This document shows positions 16,344-26,321 of a stretch of DNA of 53,871 bases, in pieces. A program made the translations under genes and the position numbers. The stretch is from an uncultured Planctomycetaceae bacterium (GTDB taxonomy: Bacteria > Planctomycetota > Phycisphaerae > Phycisphaerales > Zrk34), in NCBI GenBank assembly GCA_964473545.1, contig CAYYPN010000001.1, forward strand, positions 1 to 53,871. Reading direction: 5' to 3'. Within the stretch, counting starts at the first letter, position 1; each line of letters opens with the position of its first letter. The notes under the pieces were generated by a model. That model had not been told where the DNA came from. It worked only from the letters and a program-made list of their open reading frames with translations, and ran no database searches.

Positions 16344-18443
16344 ATGTCCGCCAGATTGCCCCTTTGCATGTTGCTCGTCTGCCTGGCTGTCCCCGCGTTG
16401 GCCGACAGTCCCATGCCGACCGACGCGGAGATGGAGCTGCGCGACCCGAACATTCCCGAAGCGTGGATGAACGAGTACATTGTTACCGCCACACGCTCGC
16501 GGATGGCGCGGTATGAGACGCCTTACGCGACGGACGTGGTCGGCGGCGAGCAGATGAACCGCCGCCAGTACCGCACCGTGCCCCAGGCCCTGCGCGACGT
16601 GCCGGGCATCATGGTCCAGGAAACTGCGGTCAGCCACGGCTCACCCTACATCCGCGGGTTCACCAGCTTCCGCAACCTCTTCCTCATTGACGGCATCCGC
16701 CTGAACAACGCCGTCTTCCGCCCCGGCCCCAACCAGTATTGGGGCACCCTCGACGCGTCGATCGTCGATCGCCTGGAAGTCGTCAAGGGTCCGTCCAGCG
16801 TGCTGTATGGCTCCGACGCCATCGGCGGCACGGTCAACGCCCTGACGATCAACCCATATGCGTACAACGAGGCCGATCACTGGGCCGGCAAGACGCGCTA
16901 CCGCTACGCGACGGCCGAGAACTCTCACGCGGTTCGCAGCGAACTGAGCTTCGGCTACGGAGATTGGGGCGCGGTCGGCGGTGGGACGTACCGCAACTTC
17001 GGCGACCTCCGCGCCGGCAACGGCACGGGTCTGCAGCCCAACACCGCCTACGACGAGTGGCACGCCGACGTGAAGGTCGAGCACTTCCTTAATGACCAGG
17101 TTCGACTCGTCGCCGCGTACCAGATGATGCGGCAGAACAACGCCCCGCGCACGCACAAGACTCACTGGGCCAAACCTTTCGAGGGCACCACCGACAGCGG
17201 CGAGCAACGCCGCGACCTCGACCAGGAGCGCAGCCTCGCCTACGTGCAGGCCCATGCCGAGGGCCTCGATGGCCCGGTGTCCAACTGGCACGCCAGCCTC
17301 TCGTGGCAGCGCCAGGCCGAGGTGCGCGACCGCATCCGCGGGTTCGGCGACGATCGCCAGGATGAACAGGGCTTCGACGTGAACACGCTCGGCTTCTGGG
17401 TGCAGGCCGAAAGCCCCACGCCGATCGGCACGCTCGTCTACGGCCTGGATTACTACCGCGACTGGGTCGCCTCCTTCAGCTCCACCAACCCGATCCAGGG
17501 ACCCGTGGCCGACGACGCGACGTATGACCTGCTGGGGGTGTTCGTGCAGGACACCATCGCCCTCGGCGAGCAGGTCGAGGTGATCCTCGGCGGACGGTTC
17601 ACCTTCGCCGCCGCCGACGCCGGGCGGGTCAACGTCAACGACACGTCGCAGAGCATCGACGAGCAGTGGTACAACTTCGCCGGCAACGGGCGCGTGATCT
17701 GGTTTGTCGATCCGGCCAAGCGTTATGCGGTGTTCGGCGGCGCGAGCCAGGGCTTCCGCTCGCCCAACCTCTCGGACCTGTCGCGCGACACCGACTTCGG
17801 CGGCGGCGTCGAAACCCCCGCGCCCAACCTCGACCCCGAGCATTACCTCATGGTCGAAGTCGGCGCCAAGACCCGCCACGACAACCTCACCGCCGAGGCC
17901 AGCTTCTTCCATTACTTCATCGAGGACCAGATTCTGCGTGTGCCGACCGGCCCCGGCGTTGAGTTCGGCAAGATTAACTCCGATGAAGGTTACATGCAGG
18001 GCGTGGAATTCGGCCTGGCGTGGCGGTTCGCTCCCGAGATGACCCTGTTCGGCAACTTCGCCTACCTCGATGGCGAGGTTCAGAGCATCCGCGCTGACGG
18101 CACGGTCTTCGATGACTACCCCTCGCGGATCGCCCCGCCCATGGGGCAGGTCGGCCTGCGGTATGAGTCGAACAACCTGCCGCTGTGGATCGAGGGCCTG
18201 GCCCGCTTCGCCGGCGACGGCGACCGCCTCAGCGCCCGGGACAAGTCCGACACCGACCGCATCCCGGCCCAGGGCACGCCCGGCTACGCCGTCGCCGACC
18301 TCCGCGTCGGGTACGACCCGACCGAGTGGACGACGATCGCGGTGGGCCTGGAGAACATCACCGACGAGGACTACCGCGTGCACGGGTCAGGCCACAACAT
18401 GCCCGGCCGCAACCTCGTGATGAGCGTGGAGATTCGCTACTGA
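16344..18443 (+). CDS. TonB-dependent outer-membrane receptor
   Basis: Signal peptide, then plug-domain motifs ([14 protein letters not shown]...[37 protein letters not shown]), and a C-terminal barrel ending ...SVEIRY. AAGGAG lies upstream of ATG 16344. Confidence 0.9.
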   Translation: MSARLPLCMLLVCLAVPALADSPMPTDAEMELRDPNIPEAWMNEYIVTATRSRMARYETPYATDVVGGEQMNRRQYRTVPQALRDVPGIMVQETAVSHGSPYIRGFTSFRNLFLIDGIRLNNAVFRPGPNQYWGTLDASIVDRLEVVKGPSSVLYGSDAIGGTVNALTINPYAYNEADHWAGKTRYRYATAENSHAVRSELSFGYGDWGAVGGGTYRNFGDLRAGNGTGLQPNTAYDEWHADVKVEHFLNDQVRLVAAYQMMRQNNAPRTHKTHWAKPFEGTTDSGEQRRDLDQERSLAYVQAHAEGLDGPVSNWHASLSWQRQAEVRDRIRGFGDDRQDEQGFDVNTLGFWVQAESPTPIGTLVYGLDYYRDWVASFSSTNPIQGPVADDATYDLLGVFVQDTIALGEQVEVILGGRFTFAAADAGRVNVNDTSQSIDEQWYNFAGNGRVIWFVDPAKRYAVFGGASQGFRSPNLSDLSRDTDFGGGVETPAPNLDPEHYLMVEVGAKTRHDNLTAEASFFHYFIEDQILRVPTGPGVEFGKINSDEGYMQGVEFGLAWRFAPEMTLFGNFAYLDGEVQSIRADGTVFDDYPSRIAPPMGQVGLRYESNNLPLWIEGLARFAGDGDRLSARDKSDTDRIPAQGTPGYAVADLRVGYDPTEWTTIAVGLENITDEDYRVHGSGHNMPGRNLVMSVEIRY

Positions 18444-18562
18444 GTTACGAACAGGCCGAGCTTGCCCTGGCGGCGCTGGCGGATGAGGCCGCGGCCGCCG
18501 ATGACCAAGCCTCCAACCGGACCGCGCCGCATATCGTCTCCTTGCGGCGCGGTCGCGGTTTG

Positions 18563-19378
18563 ATGAGGAAACGCCGCTCGCTGATCGTGTCGGTGCTGGT
18601 GCATGTCGCGGTGTTCGGCGCGGTGTTCATGTCGGGCGACCCGGAGCTTGCCGATGCGACGGTCGAGCCGCGCATCGCGTTCGCCACCGGCAACGCCGCG
18701 GTGATGGTGCGGTTCCTCAGCCCCGAGCAACTGGCCGCCCTCGAGCGTGGCGAGCAACTGGAGCAAGTGGCGCCGGTTGCCGCGCCCCGGGTCCAGCCCG
18801 ATCGCCCGCCCATGCCCGCCGCGAAGCCGACGCGGGTCGCCCAGTTCGAGTATCAACCAACACCCAGGGACGGTCCGGCCACCATCGACTCGACCCACGC
18901 CCGGGCCCGACCGCTGCCCGAACCCGTCCCGCGCCCCACCACGCCGAGCCACAGCGAAGCGCCGGCTCGGGTCGCCTCCAACCCCCAGCCCGAACCCGAA
19001 TCCGCAACCCAGCCGCGCCCCTCGCTCGTGCACGCCAAACCCGTTCAAGCCTCAAGCAGCCCGCAACCCGAGGCCCGCGCCACGCAGGGCGCCGCCGGCG
19101 TGACCCGTGACGCGGTCGTGACCGACCTGCCCCGCCCGACGTACCCGACGATCAGCCGCCGCCGCGGCGAGGAAGGCCTGGTCCTGCTCCACGTCACCGT
19201 CGATCCCGACGGCCGCCCCCGGAACATCGAGGTCATCAGCGATCCCGGCTTTCCGCGCCTGGTCGACGCGGCCCGCGATGCCGTCCAACGCGCCCGCTTC
19301 CGACCGGCCATGCGCCACGGCCAACCCGTCCCGGGTGCCGTCCGCGTCCCCATCCGCTTCCGCCTGGTCAACCAGTAA
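18563..19378 (+). CDS. tonB: TonB-family energy transducer
   Basis: N-terminal anchor (RRSLIVSVLVHVAVFGAVF), a Pro-rich spacer, and a TonB C-terminal domain (YPTISRRRGEEGLVLLHVTVDPDGRPRNIEV...A.RARFRPA). Confidence 0.8.
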   Translation: MRKRRSLIVSVLVHVAVFGAVFMSGDPELADATVEPRIAFATGNAAVMVRFLSPEQLAALERGEQLEQVAPVAAPRVQPDRPPMPAAKPTRVAQFEYQPTPRDGPATIDSTHARARPLPEPVPRPTTPSHSEAPARVASNPQPEPESATQPRPSLVHAKPVQASSSPQPEARATQGAAGVTRDAVVTDLPRPTYPTISRRRGEEGLVLLHVTVDPDGRPRNIEVISDPGFPRLVDAARDAVQRARFRPAMRHGQPVPGAVRVPIRFRLVNQ

Positions 19379-19496
19379 AGCCCCACGATGGCCGAAGGCC
19401 TTCGCGGGGATTCCGCACGGATCCCCGCGGGCATTCCCCAGGAGATCCCATCCACCCACCATGCGGCTCCCCCCCGCATCGCGGTAACATATCCCC

Positions 19497-20594
19497 ATGC
19501 TTACGCTCCTCCTCGCCCAGACCGATTCGATCAGCGCCACCTTCAGCGACATCTTCTGGATGAGCATCGGGCTGATCTTTCTGGCTGCGATCGTCGGCGC
19601 GATCGTCGCCCAGCGCCGCCGCGACCGTTGCCTCAAGCTCATCGATGACTATCACATCACCCTGCAGACCACGGCCGGCCGGTGCATCTGGGGCGACCTT
19701 CGCGTGTACGCCAAGGGGGTCGAAGTCATCTACGACGCGCCCTACATGACCGCGCAAGGCCTGGTCAAGTCGAGCTACATGCTCTACGACGAAGAGCTGG
19801 CCAACGTCCTGGCGATCAGCCGTTACGTCGGCGGCCTGACCGATGACGAGCTGCGCACCCGCGCCCGCCAGGTCGAAGCCCGCTTCCATCCCGCCGCCTG
19901 GCGACGGTCCATCCGGTGGTTCCGCAATATGTTCAACACCGTCCGCGACGCCGGTGCCAAGGCCCTGGGCGCCGTCATCGGCCAGTTCGCCAAGGCCCGA
20001 CCCGGAACCGTCGTCAGCCAGTCCTCCGCCGAGGTCAACCAGATCGGCCAGACCATCATCTCCAACGTCGGCTATGCCTACGAACCCATGTTGGAGAAGC
20101 ACATCGGCACGCCCGTCGTCCTCGAACTCGCCTCGCCCAGCGACCCGGCCAAACGCACCATCGAGCTGCCCGGCTATCTCGCCGAGTATTCCGACCGCTA
20201 CGTCGCGGTGTTCAACGTCGACCAACCCGTCCACGAGCGCATCGAGCTGTCCGGCGACGCGGCGCTCGAGCGTGAAGACCTGACCATCGCCAGCGACGAA
20301 CGGGCGGCGACCGTGACCAACAAGGCCGACACGCCGCTGGTCATCGAGTCGGTCGCCACCGGCGACGTGACGCGGGAGCTCAACGTCGTACTCACCAACG
20401 GCGCCAGCGCCCGCCTGTCGCGCGGGGCGGACGTTGGGGCAATGACCCTGCACCTCGTGCGGGTGCGACAGATCGACATCGTCTGCCCCCGCCAACACGC
20501 CCGCGTCCGCCACGCCTCCAGCCCCCGGAACCCCCGGAAGGGCCCGCCGTCCCTTCCCCCCGCCCACGAAGACCGCAGCGTCGCGTTTCCGTGA
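19497..20594 (+). CDS. Hypothetical membrane-anchored protein
   Basis: 365-aa ORF with host-like codon usage and one N-terminal TM helix (IFWMSIGLIFLAAIVGAIVA). I recognise no family. Confidence 0.55.
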   Translation: MLTLLLAQTDSISATFSDIFWMSIGLIFLAAIVGAIVAQRRRDRCLKLIDDYHITLQTTAGRCIWGDLRVYAKGVEVIYDAPYMTAQGLVKSSYMLYDEELANVLAISRYVGGLTDDELRTRARQVEARFHPAAWRRSIRWFRNMFNTVRDAGAKALGAVIGQFAKARPGTVVSQSSAEVNQIGQTIISNVGYAYEPMLEKHIGTPVVLELASPSDPAKRTIELPGYLAEYSDRYVAVFNVDQPVHERIELSGDAALEREDLTIASDERAATVTNKADTPLVIESVATGDVTRELNVVLTNGASARLSRGADVGAMTLHLVRVRQIDIVCPRQHARVRHASSPRNPRKGPPSLPPAHEDRSVAFP

Positions 20595-21139
20595 TGGAGG
20601 GTTCGGGGTTCGGGTTCTTCAACTGGCTCCTGACCACCGACAACTGACCCCCGGCAACCGACCCCCGCCCTGTCCGCATGGGGGGGGGTAACCGCCACCG
20701 CGCCGGGATCGCCGATCGGTAACCTCGCGTACGTACGAGACATACCAGTACAAGCGACCGTGTCGGATCCATGTCAGTGTCATGTCAGGCCGGACATGGC
20801 GAAAAAATTTTCACCGCTGTATCCCCTGCAATATATATCATTTACGCCGACTCACCTGAATAGGGGTGACAAAGCGGTGTGCGTAACCGTTGGTCCCGCC
20901 CGGCTCCAGCCACAAAGCCGCCGATGGCATCGGCGGCATCTTGATGACACCGGGATGGTGACCTGTGGGCTTCAGGGATCGGATCGTAGCCGAATCCGTT
21001 TGACAGGCGCATACTGTGGTGTATGTTTATTGTATACCGTATTTACCGTACGGCCGGGAAACTGTCGGTGGCTCGTGCGTGCGAGCTGGCGGGTGGATAA
21101 GGATGATGTTGAAGCTGTGTTTGCACAGGCTTGGAGGCA

Positions 21140-23019
21140 ATGATGAATATCGCGAAGCGGACTGCGGCCATGGTCGCGATCATGTTGGCTGGATCCCTGG
21201 GCACCGCCCAGGCCGACTGGCTGCCCACCGCGGGCGGCACGTACGACTACCTCGATGCCAACAACTGGGCCGGGGGTGTGGTCGACGGCAACTTCCCCGC
21301 GTCGTTGACGTTGACCGGCAGCCAGGTCGCCACGTTCGACGCCGGTCACACGACCGGGCCGCTGCTAAACTTCGGCTACGACGGCGACTTTGGCGTGACG
21401 TTGCGGGCCGACGGCGTTGCGGACCAGACGCTGACGCTCGACGGCAACGTGAATGTCGATACCGCCGGCGGTTCCAACGCCAACGTGACGATCGGCAGCA
21501 CCACCGCGAATGAGAAGCTGAACGTTGACCTGGGCGGCGCGCCGCGCACGTTTGACGTGGCCGCGGCCCGGACGCTGACCGTGCAGAACGTCGTGTCCAA
21601 CGGCGGGCTGATCAAGGCCGGCGACGGGACACTGTCACTCAAGGGCGTCAACACCTACGCCGGCGGGACCACGTTCGCCGGGGGACAGGTGAACTACACG
21701 TCGGATGACAACCTCGGCGCCGCCGGCGCGGACCTGACCTTCGACGGCGGGGCGATGGTCTATGACAACGGCGCCAGCTACGCCACCAGCCGCGACATCA
21801 CGGTCAACGCCGGCGGCGGAACGATCATGACCGACCGCGTCAACACGACCATCACCTTCAACGGCCAACTCAGCGGGACGGGCAAGTTGGATCTGTCGCT
21901 GGTGGGATTCGGCAACCCGGTGTATGTGTTCACGCAGGACAACTCGGGGTTCAGCGGTGGTATGGAATCCTTCGACAGTCGCGTGACGATCGAGTTGCGA
22001 GATCCCAATGCCGCGGGCACCGGATCCATCGCCAACGAAGCCTTCAATAACCTCAAGCTCAATCTTCGCGACGATGCGGATACGACCTACAACTTCGCCG
22101 GCATCGAGAAGAGTCACGGGCCGTTGCAGATCGACGTCGACCAGGAAACCGGCGCGGGTGCGGGGCGCACGCTGACGATCCCGGTGATCAACGTCAACTC
22201 GATCGTCGGGAACAACACAAACGCCAGCATCACCGCCACCGGCGGGCACGACTACCAGTTGGCCATCACCCAGTTGAATCTGAACGATAACAGCGGCCAT
22301 GACTTTTTCGTCATCGCCGACGCGAACACGATCGTCGGGGCGCTGGACATGGATCGGGCCGACCACCTGGTGCTCGACGGCGCCGCGACCGGCAGCCGCA
22401 TCACCGGCGCGATCACCAGCGAGGTGAACAACGCCAACGCCAACGTCGGCCGCATCGACAAGCAGGGCGCCGGCACGTGGGAGTTGGCGGGTGACAGCAC
22501 CTACAACGGCAAGACCACCATCACCGAAGGCACGCTGCTGGTGACCGGATCGATTACCCCCAACGCCAACCTCGGCGGGGTGTTCGTCGACGGCGGCACG
22601 CTCGGCGGCGGCGGCGATGTCAACACGTTCGTTGTCATTGCGACCGGAGCTACGATTGCGCCCGGACGAGCATCGGCGACCTGGCCGTCGGGGATACCAC
22701 CCTCGACGGCAACTTCGACGTCGAAGTCGGCGCCGGCGACAGCGATACCCTCGTCGTCGACGGTGACCTGGCCCTGTCCGACGTCACCAGCATCCTCAAC
22801 CTCACCGGCACGTTCGACGACGTGACCAACTATGTCATCGCCACTTACACCGGCACGTTGAACGGGGCGTTCAGCCAGATCAACGGCCTGGACGGCACGG
22901 GCTACACCCTCGATTACGGCGACCGCGACGACGGCCAGATCACACTGCTGGTGCCCGAGCCGGCGAGCCTGGCGTTGCTGGGCGTGGGCGCGATGCTGGT
23001 GGTTCGACGGCGGCGGTGA
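21140..23019 (+). pseudogene. PEP-CTERM-anchored surface protein with autotransporter-associated beta-strand repeats, interrupted by one frameshift near 22664-22669
   Basis: Signal peptide (MNIAKRTAAMVAIMLAGSLGTAQA) and repeat motifs (GGLIKAGDGTLSLKGVNTYAGGTTF; DKQGAGTWELAGDSTYNGKTTITEGTLLV). After ...GATIAPG the sensible reading moves to another frame: SIGDLAVGDTTLDGNFDVEV...LLVPEPASLALLGVGAMLVVRRRR, which is a PEP-CTERM signal ending at 23019. Confidence 0.75.
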
Positions 23020-23094
23020 CGTGAACGACTGCAACCCCGCTCTTCCCGGCGGCGTGCCGATTCCATGCGGCGCGCCGCTTGTCTTTCGTCAGGG

Positions 23095-24051
23095 TCACGC
23101 CTTGGCGCAGACGGCGATCTTCAGGTAATCCGCGCCCGGGCCCGGGAGAAAATCGGCGCCGGGCTCGATCCAGTGCTCGAACTTCAACGACCCGGGCAGC
23201 CAGCCCCGGAAGGTTCTCGCCGAGGTCTGGGCGTGGTTGCAGCAGGCGACCAGCAGGCCGCCGGGGGCGAGGACGCGCGCGAAGTCGGCGGCCATCGCCT
23301 TGTAGCCCTGTTCGATCGTGAAGCGTCGAGGCTTTCGCCCCTTCCGGGGGCGGGGATTGGCATACGCCGGCGGGTCGCAGACGATCATGTCGAAGCTGGC
23401 GTTTTTCTGACGGGCGAGGACCTTGATCGCGTCGTCGGGTCGCTGGCGGACGTGGCCGTAGGCGAGGTGGTTGCGGCGCTGGTTGGCCCGGGCCCAGTCG
23501 AGCCATTTGCGTGAGGTGTCGACCTCGATGACCGACGCGGCGCCGCCGAGCGCCGCGACGATGCTGAACGGGCCGGTATAGCTGAACAGGTTGAGCACGC
23601 GACGATCGCGCGCCTGTTCATGCACGAACTTCCTGCCGGGCGCCATGTCGAGGAACAGGCCCGTGCCGAACCCGGCATCGGTGAACGAGACGACGAACAC
23701 GGCCGGGCCTTCGGTGACTTCGAAGCGATCGGGCGGCGCGTCGCCGACGAGAAGCTGCGGCGTATCTTCGCCGGCGTGACGATGCAGATCATCCGGCCGA
23801 CGCTTGACCACCGCGCCGCGCGCCGGAAGGTCGGCCTTGCGCAGCGCGTCAAGCACCCCCTCGGCCAGGCGGGTCAGTGGGTCGCGCCGATCGGCCTGGC
23901 CGTAATCGGTCAGCAGCAGGTAGCCGGCGTAGTCGTCGATCGTGAGTTGGGGCGCGAGTTCGTGATGGGACAGCCGCACCGCCGAGCGTGACGTGAACAG
24001 GTCGAGCCGGGCGAGTACGGTTTGCGCGATCGTGTCGGGTTCGCCGGTCAC
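23095..24051 (-). CDS. Class I SAM-dependent methyltransferase (RlmI/RlmK-like rRNA m5C/m2G methyltransferase family)
   Basis: [12 protein letters not shown] (SAM-binding loop) and [11 protein letters not shown] (catalytic DPP motif) are present. The proposed GTG start at 24051 overlaps the dapL stop (GTGA). The longer track ORF would overlap dapL. Confidence 0.7.
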   Translation of the reverse strand: MTGEPDTIAQTVLARLDLFTSRSAVRLSHHELAPQLTIDDYAGYLLLTDYGQADRRDPLTRLAEGVLDALRKADLPARGAVVKRRPDDLHRHAGEDTPQLLVGDAPPDRFEVTEGPAVFVVSFTDAGFGTGLFLDMAPGRKFVHEQARDRRVLNLFSYTGPFSIVAALGGAASVIEVDTSRKWLDWARANQRRNHLAYGHVRQRPDDAIKVLARQKNASFDMIVCDPPAYANPRPRKGRKPRRFTIEQGYKAMAADFARVLAPGGLLVACCNHAQTSARTFRGWLPGSLKFEHWIEPGADFLPGPGADYLKIAVCAKA

Positions 24052-25286
24052 AGTTGGATGTTGGAGGTGATGCGGTGGATGGCCTGGTTGACGTTGTCGC
24101 GGCTGTTGAAGGCGGAGATGCGGAAGTAGCCTTCGCCGCAGGCGCCGAACCCGGCGCCGGGCGTGCCGACGACGTGGGCGTCGTTGAGCAGCTTGTCGAA
24201 CAGGTCCCAACTGCCCATGCCGGCGGGCGTGCGAATCCAGATGTACGGCGCGTTGACGCCGCCGTAGACGTCAAGCCCGGCGTGGGTCATGGCCTGGCGG
24301 ATGAGCCGGGCGTTTTCGAGGTAGAACGCGACGAGGCCGGCGACCTGTTCGCGGCCGGCGTCGGAGTACGCCGCCTCGGCCCCGCGCTGCGTGATGTACG
24401 ACACTCCGTTGAACTTCGTCGAATGGCGCCGGTTCCACAACTTATGCAAAGGGACGGCGTTGCCGGCGCTGTCCCGGCCGGTCACGTCGGTGGGGATGAC
24501 GACAAACGCACAACGCACGCCGGTGAACCCGGCGCTCTTGCTGAACGAGCGGAACTCGATGGCGCACTTGCGCGCACCCTCGAGCTCGTAGATCGAGTGC
24601 GGGATGGCATCATCGGTGATGAAGCTGTGGTACGCGGCATCGAAGAGGATCAGCGCATCGTGTGCGTTGGCGTAGTCGACCCAGCGCTGAAGCTGATCGC
24701 GCGTGGCGACGGCGCCGGTCGGGTTGTTCGGATAGCACAGGTAAATCACATCGACCTGCTCACCGGCTCCCGGAAGGGGTGGGGTAAAGCCGTTGTCGGC
24801 GGTCATGGGCAGGTAGACGATGCCGGCGTAGCGACCGGATTCGTCGGCTTGGCCGGTGTGGCCGGTCATGACGTTGGTGTCGACGTAAACGGGGTAGACC
24901 GGGTCGCAGACGGCGATGCGATTGTCGGGGCCGAGGATGTCGAGGATGTTGCCGGTGTCGCACTTGGAGCCGTCGGAGATGAAGATCTCGTCGGGGTCGA
25001 CCTGGCAGCCGCGGGCGCGGAAGTCGTGTTCGGCGATCGTTTCGCGCAGCCAGGGGTAGCCTTGTTCGGGGCCGTAGCCGTGGAAGTAGGCGTGGGTGGC
25101 CTGGTCGTCGACGGCGTGGTGCATGGCCTCGACGATCGCCGGGGGCAGGGGCTCGGTCACGTCGCCGATGCCCAGCTTGATGAGGGGTGCGTCGGGGTTG
25201 GCCTGCTTGAAGGCGTCGACACGTCGGGCGATTTCCGGGAACAGGTAGCCGGCCTTGAGCTTCAGGTAGTGGTCGTTGATCTGCAT
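24048..25286 (-). CDS. dapL: LL-diaminopimelate aminotransferase
   Basis: [23 protein letters not shown]...[13 protein letters not shown]...SDGSKCD...YPNNPTG...[15 protein letters not shown] closely follows the DapL pattern, including the PLP lysine in SFSK. Confidence 0.9.
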   Translation of the reverse strand: MQINDHYLKLKAGYLFPEIARRVDAFKQANPDAPLIKLGIGDVTEPLPPAIVEAMHHAVDDQATHAYFHGYGPEQGYPWLRETIAEHDFRARGCQVDPDEIFISDGSKCDTGNILDILGPDNRIAVCDPVYPVYVDTNVMTGHTGQADESGRYAGIVYLPMTADNGFTPPLPGAGEQVDVIYLCYPNNPTGAVATRDQLQRWVDYANAHDALILFDAAYHSFITDDAIPHSIYELEGARKCAIEFRSFSKSAGFTGVRCAFVVIPTDVTGRDSAGNAVPLHKLWNRRHSTKFNGVSYITQRGAEAAYSDAGREQVAGLVAFYLENARLIRQAMTHAGLDVYGGVNAPYIWIRTPAGMGSWDLFDKLLNDAHVVGTPGAGFGACGEGYFRISAFNSRDNVNQAIHRITSNIQL

Positions 25287-25591
25287 GGCGGGTCGTGGTC
25301 CTCAAGTTTTCGAATCGCGCGTGAGGGGGGTATCATACGAGCCATGCCGCACGCTCGCATGGGGGGGCTGCGCGTCGAACCCGGCTCTTCGCTCGCTTCA
25401 CTCGCTCAGAACCGGCTTGGTCACCCAAACCGGGTTGCTGCAATTGTCCGGCCCCGGCCCGGCCCCCGGAAGCTACGCCACAGTCGCGGAACATGCGGCA
25501 CGCCCTCGGAACCTGAGCGTCTCAGCCCGCCGTTCGCGCAACGTTTGCCTGCCCGGGCGTAACTTTTTCCATGAAATCCCACCAAAAGGGC

Positions 25592-25638
25592 TTGCATTCA
25601 GGACCGATATCTATATTTTACGATTTGTAAAGCGTCAA
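25592..25638. promoter_or_regulatory. AT-rich island with overlapping divergent sigma70-like promoters
   Basis: Plus strand: TTGCAT (25592-25597) followed by TATATTTTA (25612-25620). Minus strand: TTGACG (complement of 25633-25638), a 17-nt spacer, then TATAGA (complement of 25610-25615). Sequence match only. Confidence 0.3.
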
Positions 25639-25999
25639 AGATTGGGTGATGCATAGGCCCAGGCTTGGCGGTTTTGCGGTTTGCGGTTTGGCTCGCAGCC
25701 CGGTGTCGTTCATCCGGCTGCGGTGGATTGAAGCAGTTTCGACACGGATGTGTATACGGATGTGTCAGGGGTTTGGCGTGGCTCACAGGTTTGTGACTGA
25801 ACAGGTCGATCGCCGGCATCGGGCCGGGCGGCGCGGCGCGGTTAAGCCGGTCGCCGGGTGCGGTCGCGGCTCGCGCGGTGGGGTGGTGCCATCATCGCGA
25901 TCGCGACAGCCGCGGCAGCCAGGTCGAGCCGGTTGTTTGTGAGGTTAATCGGGGCCCCGGTCGGGGCGTGTGAATCGGGTCACTGGAAGCGAGACGTAC

Positions 26000-26263
26000 A
26001 TGGCAGGCATGCTGGAAGTTCAACCATCGGTGGTCCCGCCCAAGCTCTATCGCATCGGCGAGATCGTGCGTCATACGGGCCTGAGTCGGCAGACCATTCA
26101 CAATTACACGACGTTGGGGTTGATTCACGAGGCCGAGTGGACCCCCGGCGGACATCGGCTGTACGACGAGAAAGTCTTTCATCGGCTACAACGGATTGCC
26201 GATTTAAAGGGAGCGGCCAGCATGCAGGAAATCAAGCGCATGCTGGACGACTCGGACGACTGA
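26000..26263 (+). CDS. Small MerR-family HTH transcriptional regulator
   Basis: LYRIGEIVRHTGLSRQTIHNYTTLGLI...GGHRLYDEKVFHRLQRI is a MerR-type winged HTH. The start is uncertain (ATG 26000, or the GTG/ATG options 25970-26009). Confidence 0.75.
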   Translation: MAGMLEVQPSVVPPKLYRIGEIVRHTGLSRQTIHNYTTLGLIHEAEWTPGGHRLYDEKVFHRLQRIADLKGAASMQEIKRMLDDSDD

Positions 26264-26321
26264 ACACGCCGAGCGATCGGCGTCGGACCCACCGCTTCGT
26301 CAGCGAAAGGACGCGCTGCAC

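Noticed and set aside
20760-21143. 127-aa plus-strand ORF in the AT-rich spacer, and a tRNA-like ending (ggtcccgcccggctccagcca) near 20890-20912.
   Set aside because: The ORF has Cys/Arg-rich odd composition, no RBS and atypical codon usage. The tRNA-like stretch lacks a GTTCGAATC-type T-loop and cloverleaf pairing.
25287-25600. Lysine riboswitch in the putative dapL leader.
   Set aside because: I could not locate the conserved L-box motifs (AGAGGNGC, GAAAGGGGAG...GCCGAAG) on the minus strand by eye. It is kept only as something to test computationally, not as a call.
25778-25796. Sigma54-like match TGGCTCacaggTTTGT upstream of the merR-like gene.
   Set aside because: The -12 element lacks the invariant GC (it reads TTTG instead of TTGC), so this is probably a chance match.
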